A stretch of DNA of 64,000 nt from positions 19,142 to 83,141 of the forward strand of contig JAZKFJ010000016.1 in NCBI GenBank assembly GCA_040386495.1, in the 5' to 3' direction. The position numbers and the translations under genes are program-made. Shown here piece after piece: positions 57,392 to 64,000 of the stretch. The DNA comes from Pseudomonadota bacterium. GTDB lineage: Bacteria > Pseudomonadota > Gammaproteobacteria > Xanthomonadales > Xanthomonadaceae. The notes beneath the pieces are model-generated. The model was not told the DNA's origin, made no database searches, and was given only the letters and a program-made list of their open reading frames with translations. The stretch's first letter is position 1, and each line of letters starts with the position of its first letter.

Positions 57392-58567
57392 ATGTTGCGC
57401 ACCCTGATGACCACCTTCGGCCTGACCCTGCTGCTCGGCGCCGCCGGCACCGCACGTGCGGTACCGATCTACGATTTCTCCCCCGTCACCGCGGAAATGC
57501 AGACCTTCGTGACGGCCAACAACCTCGACGGCGCGTCGCTGCGCGTCAACAAGCATGGCAGCGTGGTTTATCGGCGCGCGTTCGGCGGTTACACCCTCGG
57601 CACCCGCATCCGCATCGCCTCGGCCAGCAAATGGCTGTCCGCGCTGGCCATCGCCCGTCTGGTCGACAAGGGCCAGATGCGCTGGACCGATACCGTCGGC
57701 CAGTATTTCCCCAACATCGAAGCAGCCAAGCGCCCGATCACGCTGGCGCAGCTGTTCTCGCACACCAGCGCGCTGCCGGGCGGCGACGACAGCTGCATGT
57801 CCAACCCGCTCTACACGCTGGCCAGCTGCGCCAACCGCATCCTGCAGGAACCGTTGATCGGCGCGCCGGGCACGGTGTTTTCCTACGGCGGCAATTCGAT
57901 GCAGGTCGCCGGACGCATGGCCGAACTGGCCACCGGCAAGGCCTGGGACGACATCTTCATCGACGAAATGGCGACGCCGCTGGGCTTGAACGCCACCGAT
58001 TTCGCCACCGCCTCCACCGCTCCGGGCTACGTGCGCAATACCAATCCGCGCATCGCAGGCGGCGTGCGCAGCACGCTGGAGGACTACGGCAAGGTCGTCG
58101 ACATGGTGCTGGCCTACGGCTGCCTCGACAACAGCACGACCCAGTTCTGCCTGCCGGGCCGCCGCTTCCTCGCCAGCACCACCATCGAAGCGATGGCCAA
58201 CGACCGCACTGTCGGCACCGTCGACATCTCGCGTCCGCCCACCGCCACCGGCTTCGGCTACGGCATCGGCCAGTGGATCGACCCCACGTCGCCGCTCATC
58301 GTGTCCAGCCCCGGCGCCTTCGGCTTCACGCCGTGGGTCGACCGCGTGAACCAGGTGGCCGGCGTGTTCCTGGTCGACGATCTCAACACCCGCGTGGTCG
58401 ACGACATCAACGACATCCGCGCGATGGTGAATGTGGTCACCGCCGAAGGCCAGGGCCTGCGCGTGGCGCCGGTGTTGCCGGCGGTTCCCGCAGTGCAGCA
58501 GCCGAAGACGAATGCGATGCCCGATGGCGTGCGTCTACCGGATCGCGACGCGTCCAAGCGGCGCTGA
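57392..58567 (+). CDS. secreted serine hydrolase of the beta-lactamase/transpeptidase-like family
   Basis: A signal peptide MLRTLMTTFGLTLLLGAAGTARA is present. The SxxK motif is in IASASKWL, and YGGNSMQ lies downstream. Confidence 0.8.
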   Translation: MLRTLMTTFGLTLLLGAAGTARAVPIYDFSPVTAEMQTFVTANNLDGASLRVNKHGSVVYRRAFGGYTLGTRIRIASASKWLSALAIARLVDKGQMRWTDTVGQYFPNIEAAKRPITLAQLFSHTSALPGGDDSCMSNPLYTLASCANRILQEPLIGAPGTVFSYGGNSMQVAGRMAELATGKAWDDIFIDEMATPLGLNATDFATASTAPGYVRNTNPRIAGGVRSTLEDYGKVVDMVLAYGCLDNSTTQFCLPGRRFLASTTIEAMANDRTVGTVDISRPPTATGFGYGIGQWIDPTSPLIVSSPGAFGFTPWVDRVNQVAGVFLVDDLNTRVVDDINDIRAMVNVVTAEGQGLRVAPVLPAVPAVQQPKTNAMPDGVRLPDRDASKRR

Positions 58568-58601
58568 GCGATCCACGCAATCCGTCCAGGAATCGCAAAC
58601 C

Positions 58602-58640
58602 GCATCCCGGGTCCATGCAACGCGCGGACCCGGGATGACG
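58602..58640. repeat. REP of the (GTAG)CCCGGGT...ACCCGGGAT family
   Basis: gcatcccgggtccatgcaacgcgcggacccgggatgacg. It is near-identical to 60971-61009 and in the same orientation. Confidence 0.8.
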
Positions 58641-58723
58641 CAAGAAAGTTCTTACCGGAGCGCCCCGGCTGCGGCCCCCGGCCGCAACCTGGCGACCGCG
58701 TCACTGACCTTTTTCCCCGAATC

Positions 58724-60166
58724 TCAGCCGGCTACGGTGGGCAACCCGGCGAGATAAGTCAGGCCGGAGATGCTCGGGAAAAAGCAGTACACCCCGCCGC
58801 GCGTCGTGATGGTGCGGCCGAAGCCGGTCACTGTGGTGTTGCCCGAGCCGTTCGCGCCCGCGCCGGGGAAGGTGAACGCACTTGATGACGGGTCGTTCAC
58901 GCCCAGGAACACGTCCTCGCCGCTGATGTTGAACAGCGCATTGCCTGCGGGCGTGCCACCCGGCGCGGTGGCCGATTTCACGAACGTGTACGTCATGCTC
59001 CACTGGCTGGTCAGGAACTCGAACTGGTTCTGGATGCTGGCATTGATGAAATAACCGACCAGGCCGCGCGTCGCCGAATCCGGCTTGTCCGGATCGTACG
59101 GCGGACCATACGGCATCGCGCGGCGAACGATGCGGTGGTTCGAGCTGGTGCCGCCGCCCACCACGGCCTCGTTGCGCGGATTGTTGCGACGGATGTGCGA
59201 CCCGATCGGGCACATCAGGCCCAGCGTATCGTCGGTCTCGGCCGGCGGCGCGACATAGGTGAAGTTGTTGAGCCGATCGCGCGGCAGCAGCGGATCCTGC
59301 TGCGTCGGCGACAGCGACAGCGGATTGCCGTTGCGCCAGCGTCCGCAGATCTTCGCCGCCGCCATTTCGGTGTCGACACCGGCCTTGTCGGCGAAGCTCT
59401 GCACCAATGCATCGTAGGCGGCCACATCCTGTTCCAGGATGCGGAACGCGGCATAGCTGCCGTTCAACGACAGCTGCGACGGCGACACGCGGTAGCTGCC
59501 GCCGATCTCGTTGGTGTAGCCCAGCAGGAACTCGCCCGTCGCGACCACGGGCTGGTCGTCCGGCGCGTGCTTGGTGGGCGGCGCACCGAGCACGGTCGGC
59601 TGCGAGATGCTGTCGCGATAGCCGAAATGCACCTTGTTGTCGGGCAAGGCGTTGGCGTCCTGTTCCAGCAGGATGGTCGCTGCACCGTCGAAGGCGGACC
59701 GCAGCTGCGCGGACACGGATTCCAGCACTTCGGTCGAGTCGCGCACCCACAGGCTGACCAGCATGTGGACCTGCGCACCGTCGCCGAGCCCGCCGATCCA
59801 GTGTTCGGGCGCGCTGCTGCCCACATCGCCCACATTCCTGGCCACGCCGGCATTGCTTGCGCCAAGCTGGAACGAACCGTCGAAGGTCGCCAGATCGGCG
59901 GCCGAGACGCCCATCGCGGCGAGCCCGGTACAGGTGAAACTGACATTGAGGAAACAGGCAGGGCGAACCTTGGTGCGCTGCGCGGAGGTGATCTTCGGCA
60001 GGCCGTTGCTGCCGTTCACCAGGTCCGTCAGCAGCGTGCCTGTCGCGACGGCATCGGTGATCGAAAGAACGAAATGTCGCGCGAAATCGACGCGATAACC
60101 GCGCAGGATCGTGCCCTGCACATCCGCATAATCGATGGGTGTGGTGTCGGCGGGCGTCGTGGTCAT
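58724..60166 (-). CDS. large DyP-type (dye-decolorizing) heme peroxidase
   Basis: AGGAGG lies before the ATG at 60166. DVQGTILRGY, HFGYRDSISQP (distal Asp region) and CPIGSHIRRNNPR (proximal His) are present. Confidence 0.85.
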   Translation of the reverse strand: MTTTPADTTPIDYADVQGTILRGYRVDFARHFVLSITDAVATGTLLTDLVNGSNGLPKITSAQRTKVRPACFLNVSFTCTGLAAMGVSAADLATFDGSFQLGASNAGVARNVGDVGSSAPEHWIGGLGDGAQVHMLVSLWVRDSTEVLESVSAQLRSAFDGAATILLEQDANALPDNKVHFGYRDSISQPTVLGAPPTKHAPDDQPVVATGEFLLGYTNEIGGSYRVSPSQLSLNGSYAAFRILEQDVAAYDALVQSFADKAGVDTEMAAAKICGRWRNGNPLSLSPTQQDPLLPRDRLNNFTYVAPPAETDDTLGLMCPIGSHIRRNNPRNEAVVGGGTSSNHRIVRRAMPYGPPYDPDKPDSATRGLVGYFINASIQNQFEFLTSQWSMTYTFVKSATAPGGTPAGNALFNISGEDVFLGVNDPSSSAFTFPGAGANGSGNTTVTGFGRTITTRGGVYCFFPSISGLTYLAGLPTVAG

Positions 60167-60283
60167 CCTGACCTCCTGCAAGAGAAGAAGAAACGCGCAG
60201 GCAAGCCACGGCAGATCCGTGGCGTTGCCGGTGCGCGCGCGGCAGACACCGGACCGGCAGACGCCGGCCCGGCGCTCATGCGA

Positions 60284-60760
60284 TCACTTGGCAGGCGGGA
60301 ACGCGGCCAGGATCATCTGCACGGTCTGCGGATACGCCGCATAGATGCCGACGTTGTTCGGCAGGTGCTGCGACGCATCGTTCGCGGCCACGAAGGCCTC
60401 GAATGCGGCCAGGTTGCTCTGCACGGGCGACACCGCCGCCCCGCCGACCACGAAGGCCAGCAAGGCATTGAACACATCGCCGAGCTGGTTCACGAAATCG
60501 CTGATGTAGGCGTTGAAGCTGCCGTCGTATTCGGTGATCACGCTGATCACCAGCGTGTCGGACGGCGTATCGATCTGGCTCATGTCGGGCTGCAGGTTCG
60601 GCTTCGACGTATCGAACAGCACGAAGCGCGCGAAGTGCACGGTGCCGATCGACTGCAATGCGGCATGGATCGCGGCATTGTTGAACGCGAGTGTTTCCAC
60701 GATGGTCGAGAGCTTGGTGCCCGGCAACACGGGCATCATCAGGGTCAGTCCGGTGGTCAT
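60284..60760 (-). CDS. hypothetical protein (158 aa) upstream of and co-oriented with the DyP gene
   Basis: The start at MTTGLTLMMPVLPG lies behind AAGGA. It contains GTVHFARFVLFD and ITEYDGSFNAYISDF. I recognise no family. Confidence 0.55.
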   Translation of the reverse strand: MTTGLTLMMPVLPGTKLSTIVETLAFNNAAIHAALQSIGTVHFARFVLFDTSKPNLQPDMSQIDTPSDTLVISVITEYDGSFNAYISDFVNQLGDVFNALLAFVVGGAAVSPVQSNLAAFEAFVAANDASQHLPNNVGIYAAYPQTVQMILAAFPPAK

Positions 60761-60970
60761 GTGTGCGTCCTTTGCGGTGAGTGGAATAGTGTTTCGCTGG
60801 GCTTGGCCGGGCTGGCGGCGTAGCCGCCGTGTCGGCTTCCAGCGAACAGCAACTGCATGGGAAAGATAGCAACCGTGACCGTGTGTCACAACGGCGTTTC
60901 TGGTGCGCTTCGCTTAACCTGGCGACGTCGCTGCTTGTCGATCCGGCCAATGGCGAACAAGCGCAGTCGC

Positions 60971-61009
60971 GTAGCCCGGGTCCGTGCAACGCGCGGACCC
61001 GGGATGAAG
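60971..61009. repeat. REP of the GTAGCCCGGGT...ACCCGGGAT family
   Basis: gtagcccgggtccgtgcaacgcgcggacccgggatgaag. Confidence 0.8.
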
Positions 61010-61212
61010 CAAGGAACCTCTTTCCGAAGAGCGAAGTAGGATGGGTTGAGCGTAGCGATACCCATCAAAAAGCAACTGCAGAGCTTCCGCGCTAGCGCGC
61101 GGGTAACTTTCTTTGTCGCAAAGAAAGTCACCAAAGAAAACTCTCAGTGACGAGGCAAATCTGCCATCGGAAACATGGCCGGGATTTTTCGATGCGGCAT
61201 CCTGCCGCGTCG

Positions 61213-61238
61213 AAAAACGGCGCACGTCCTGTGCGCCG
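61213..61238 (-). terminator. rho-independent terminator on the minus strand, distal to the cassette array
   Basis: The minus strand reads CGGCGCAC-aggac-GTGCGCCG followed by TTTTT. Confidence 0.6.
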
Positions 61239-61317
61239 CCCTTTGGGTCTGCAGAAGAATGTCAGCAACACTATGACGGGCATTTCGATGGGACGACAGC
61301 CTATGTATCGCCCAATA

Positions 61318-61606
61318 GCGTAGGGCGCATAAGCCGAAGGCGTCATGCGCAATCGAATGCTGCCGGCGCGGTGACAGAAAGGTGCATGACGCTTCGCTTA
61401 TGCACCCTAAGCGGCTATATGCGCCTTACGGCCTTAGCGTCACGTGGCCGACGCCACGATGCGGGGTCAAATTGTGCAGGGCGTAAGGTGCATAAACCCA
61501 AGGCGTCATACGCCATCGAATACTACCGGAGCGGAGCGGTGACAGAAAGGTGCATGACTCTTCGCTTATGCACCCTACGCGGCTATATGCGCTTTACGGC
61601 CTTGTC
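61318..61606. repeat. two about 120-bp copies of a composite REP (GTAGGGCGCATAAGCC.. / GGTGCATGACGCTTCGCTTATGCACCCTA) flanking an attC remnant
   Basis: The copies are at about 61319-61435 and 61482-61603. The second copy supplies the last codons and the stop of the lipoprotein ORF (ggctatatgcgctttacggcc). The first carries the same words (ggctatatgcgccttacggcc). Confidence 0.75.
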
Positions 61607-61990
61607 GTTAACAAGGACATATTGGCCGTTCCACGAGAGTGGCTTGCTAACTTCATCGTCCGTATTGTCGTAGTACAGATTCACACGCATTTGAGTGCCA
61701 GACACTTCAATAGTACCCGTGTATTCGTATCCAGACTTCACTGGAATGTCGTCTCCTCGAATTGTCCCGCTCAAACGAGGTAGGTCGAGCTCCAAGTGCT
61801 CTTCATATGTCTTGCTGAGAATCAATGAAACCGGATCGTGCGCCATCAGCATGCGTTTGCCAGAAAGCGTCACTGTGTATCGGCCGTCAAGCTCAAAATA
61901 GGCGGCCTCTTTGTAGTTATGACTTCGGTCACAGCCGGTCAATGCCATTCCTATCGCAATGCACACAACGCAGACGAGCGAGAGCTTCAT
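61583..61990 (-). CDS. cassette-encoded lipoprotein, function unknown
   Basis: MKLSLVCVVCIAIGMALTGC has a lipobox. AGGA lies 3 nt before the ATG and immediately after the attC core site. Confidence 0.55.
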   Translation of the reverse strand: MKLSLVCVVCIAIGMALTGCDRSHNYKEAAYFELDGRYTVTLSGKRMLMAHDPVSLILSKTYEEHLELDLPRLSGTIRGDDIPVKSGYEYTGTIEVSGTQMRVNLYYDNTDDEVSKPLSWNGQYVLVNDKAVKRI

Positions 61991-61993
61991 TTT

Positions 61994-62052
61994 CCTAACA
62001 CCTGAATTAAGCCGAGACGCGAAGCGGCTTCGGCGTGAATTAATTTTTAGGT
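61994..62052 (-). repeat. attC site (59 bp)
   Basis: The minus strand reads ACCTAAAAATTAATTCACGCCGAAGCCGCTTCGCGTCTCGGCTTAATTCAGGTGTTAGGA. It aligns end to end with the aadA1 59-base element as I remember it. The upstream ORF stop lies in the first heptamer. Confidence 0.75.
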
Positions 62053-62964
62053 AGCGCTCAAGCAATACTTTCTAGATGCATCGAGCACGTCCGCCACTTT
62101 AACCTCTATGTATTTCAGAAAAATTTTGATCTCTTCTGGTTCTAAATTTTTTTGGTTGGTCGTGATGCTTGCGGGTGTAGCGTGCAGTAACTTGCTTGAG
62201 AAAGCATAGATGTAGTCATACTCATCTTGCAGTTCTACCTTCTTCGCCATTTCATTCCATTTCCAACGCTTCTTCCTACCATTGTTGTCAAGCATCAGGT
62301 CGGATACCTTAGGAAGGATATTCGCGTCAAAGTTAGACCGCTCATTCTCTATTTCAATCAGGGCCAACTCAGCTGACGGAATGGCGTTGCTCTCAACTAG
62401 GTAAGCCTGAAAGTCGTAGCCGTTATGCTTAGCGTGCTCCGAATATATGGAGAACTTCCGCGCAGCCTCGGCGTCGATTGAATCAGCTACCGAATGAATT
62501 ATTCTTGCGCGATCTTCGGGCGACTGTTCTGTTGCGAGAAGTGCGTCTTGCCTCTCATTCTCTCTGCGATCAAATTCTCGAAGTAGCGCAACTTCCCGAT
62601 GAAATTGCCTGAGGGTGCTGTGATAGTAGTTCTTTTGTGTCTCGATCAACTGGTCGTAATATACGAAGCCATAGCGCTCATCTATCTCGAAAAGCTTCAG
62701 CCAGACGCTAAGCTCGAACAAATATCTTGAAACAGCAACAACACCCAATGTTTCGACGAAGTTGAAATTTTGCTCAATTAGTAGGCGTATGCGAACGAGA
62801 CTGTCCCCGACGACTGACAAGCACCAGAGATGAGCGCTTTGATTGTCAAACGCCGCAGCCAACTCGGACGGACGCAGGCGCCTTGCCTCTGCGTCGACCG
62901 AAACGCGATGAGCCCTGATTCTTTCTATTAAGCTTGTGAGCTGTGCTACGACGTGATCTGTCAT
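62047..62964 (-). CDS. cassette-encoded hypothetical protein (305 aa, predicted helical)
   Basis: An AT-rich ORF with no family recognised. It starts 5 nt after the attC core GTTAAGT. Confidence 0.6.
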   Translation of the reverse strand: MTDHVVAQLTSLIERIRAHRVSVDAEARRLRPSELAAAFDNQSAHLWCLSVVGDSLVRIRLLIEQNFNFVETLGVVAVSRYLFELSVWLKLFEIDERYGFVYYDQLIETQKNYYHSTLRQFHREVALLREFDRRENERQDALLATEQSPEDRARIIHSVADSIDAEAARKFSIYSEHAKHNGYDFQAYLVESNAIPSAELALIEIENERSNFDANILPKVSDLMLDNNGRKKRWKWNEMAKKVELQDEYDYIYAFSSKLLHATPASITTNQKNLEPEEIKIFLKYIEVKVADVLDASRKYCLSAT

Positions 62965-62969
62965 GTGCT

Positions 62970-63072
62970 ACTTAACGCCTGAGTTAACAGCGGGGTGGCG
63001 GACGCGTGATAGCGTAGCGCGGGCACGTAGCCGACGCCACGATATGGGGTCGGCTTGAACGAATTGCTAGGC
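62970..63072 (-). repeat. attC site (103 bp)
   Basis: On the minus strand it starts GCCTAGCAATTCGTTCAAGCCGACCCC and ends ...GTTAACTCAGGCGTTAAGT. The stop codon of the YrhB-like ORF lies within the first heptamer. Confidence 0.7.
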
Positions 63073-63363
63073 GCCACCAGGGGATAGTGATGCTTTGTAG
63101 CGGGAAATGTAAGCATCAATTGATTCTGCAGTGCCGGTCGCGACGACGTCACCTGTGAAACGGTTGACTATGACTGGAGCATTGCCCACAAGAGCATCCG
63201 ACGGATCTTCGCTCTGGATGTAAACACGTGATTGATAAAAGAACACCCAGCCGAACGATTTTTCGAGTGTGTCAGATGTAAGCACGACTACCTCGATGGG
63301 ATCGTCTGGCAAGCCGCAGATCCGAGCCTCTACTAATGATTGTGCTTGAGCAAGAGAAAGCAT
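63067..63363 (-). CDS. YrhB-like immunity-protein family member (orphan)
   Basis: MLSLAQAQSLVEARI...IEVVVLTSDTLEKSFGWVFFYQSRVYIQSEDPSDALVGNAPVIVNRFTGDVVATGT..IDAYISRY. The FGWVFFYQS and GNAPxIVxRxTG pattern is that of YrhB / polymorphic-toxin immunity proteins. Confidence 0.65.
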   Translation of the reverse strand: MLSLAQAQSLVEARICGLPDDPIEVVVLTSDTLEKSFGWVFFYQSRVYIQSEDPSDALVGNAPVIVNRFTGDVVATGTAESIDAYISRYKASLSPGGA

Positions 63364-63372
63364 CTTTGTGGC

Positions 63373-63485
63373 GCCTAACGCCTTAGTTAAGCCGCCCCGT
63401 GGCGGGGCGGCGGACATGGGCAAGAGTAGCGTAAAGCACATGCTAGATGCCACGATGCGGGGTCGGCTTGAACGAATTGTTAGGC
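63373..63485 (-). repeat. attC site (113 bp)
   Basis: On the minus strand it starts GCCTAACAATTCGTTCAAGCCGACCCCGC and ends ...GGCGGCTTAACTAAGGCGTTAGGC. The core GTTAGGC lies 9 nt before the next start codon. Confidence 0.8.
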
Positions 63486-63517
63486 CTCTGCGTGAAGGCG
63501 CGTTTAAGTTTGAGCAG

Positions 63518-64000
63518 CTACTCATAGCTCTGAAACGTAATCACGTCCTCATGGTGGAACTCGCATACCCAACTCTTTCTCTCGTTGAGAGCGAGCATGG
63601 CAACTCCAACTGACCAAGAGAACGCATCCCAGTATTTGACTAAGAGCTTCCATTCAGTGGCTACGACAATCTCGTCGTAGACAAGATAAATGCTTGTGGA
63701 GTAGGGAACACTTCTTCGATGGAGCCACTCCCTTGTCGCTTGCACATCTTGTGGGCTATTCCATGAATCAGCGATGCTGCGCATCTCATTTCTTTGGAAC
63801 TTTCCGTTCGCGGAGGCCGAGTATCCAGGCACATCCTTTAGCAGTTCACGCCCTAGTTGGACGGCCTTGATACCAAACAGCGCTTCGATCCGTTCGGCAT
63901 GGGGGCTAGGGAGGGGCAAGTAGCTCTCCCCGGTGAAAATTCGAGATTGCTCTTTGTTCGATAGCGCCGCCCATTTCTTGGAGCCACTATTGGTTTGATG
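63518..64000 (-). CDS. cassette-encoded hypothetical protein, probably 5'-truncated by the window edge
   Basis: The track starts it at a TTG (63919). The frame nevertheless stays open through 64000 (HQTNSGSKKWAALSNKEQSRIFTGESY...). I recognise no family. Confidence 0.4.
   Translation of the reverse strand, partial: HQTNSGSKKWAALSNKEQSRIFTGESYLPLPSPHAERIEALFGIKAVQLGRELLKDVPGYSASANGKFQRNEMRSIADSWNSPQDVQATREWLHRRSVPYSTSIYLVYDEIVVATEWKLLVKYWDAFSWSVGVAMLALNERKSWVCEFHHEDVITFQSYE

Larger units (their letters stand above)
61440..64000 (-). mobile_element. integron gene-cassette array (distal part; integrase expected beyond the right edge)
   Basis: Four co-oriented, AT-richer, promoterless ORFs are separated by attC-like imperfect palindromes. 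Each palindrome has RYYYAAC-like and GTTRRRY core sites placed at ORF boundaries. See the attC features. Confidence 0.75.

Noticed and set aside
61010-61310. Hairpins between the REP at 61009 and the composite REPs, considered as further attC sites or cassettes. They are GTAGGATGGGT..ACCCATC, ACTTTCTTTG-tcg-CAAAGAAAGT and TTTTTCGATGCGGC..GCCGCGTCGAAAAA.
   Set aside because: They lack RYYYAAC/GTTRRRY-type ends and the conserved attC arms, and no ORF is associated. One of them reads as a minus-strand terminator instead.

Overview
A 64-kb, very GC-rich chromosomal segment that looks like Lysobacteraceae/Xanthomonadaceae. The taxon guess rests on an alpha-lytic-protease prepro-enzyme homolog, an rsmG-parA-parB block, a Xanthomonas-style TonB receptor and dense GTAG-type REP palindromes. 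Most of the window is ordinary core genome: ALDH, xthA, rsmG/parAB, queF, icd, an IorAB-type molybdoenzyme cluster with XdhC/MocA, NatAB and YadGH-like ABC exporters, tatD, permeases and hydrolases. I saw no rRNA, tRNA or CRISPR.

The non-core signals, in my order of interest:
1. The right edge (about 61.4-64.0 kb) is a minus-strand chromosomal integron cassette array. Three intact attC sites closely resemble the aadA-type 59-base element. The integrase is expected beyond the window.
2. An AT-richer 1.4-kb islet is wedged between parB and a GT2 gene, with overlapping stop/start codons on both sides. It encodes a protein with a HEPN-like RNxxxH motif fused to a CBS pair, followed by an RHH/ParE toxin-antitoxin pair.
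3. A membrane-anchored glutaredoxin is followed by a secreted 8-Cys peptide with a strictly periodic (CX3C-X6)x4 pattern.
4. A low-GC DUF4238 gene lies next to a YegD-like Hsp70 gene that is bracketed by about 120-bp inverted repeats built from REPs.
5. Two tandem secreted cyanophycinase-like S51 peptidases sit with a TonB receptor and a YfcC transporter, with no cyanophycin synthetase in view.
6. A REP-associated tyrosine transposase is flanked by its cognate REPs, and copies of that REP border other accessory-looking modules.
7. There are several other REP/MITE-like families, including a 3-unit tandem array of about 178 bp.

Coordinates of starts were checked against the supplied ORF frames. 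All family assignments are from motif recognition by eye, not from searches.
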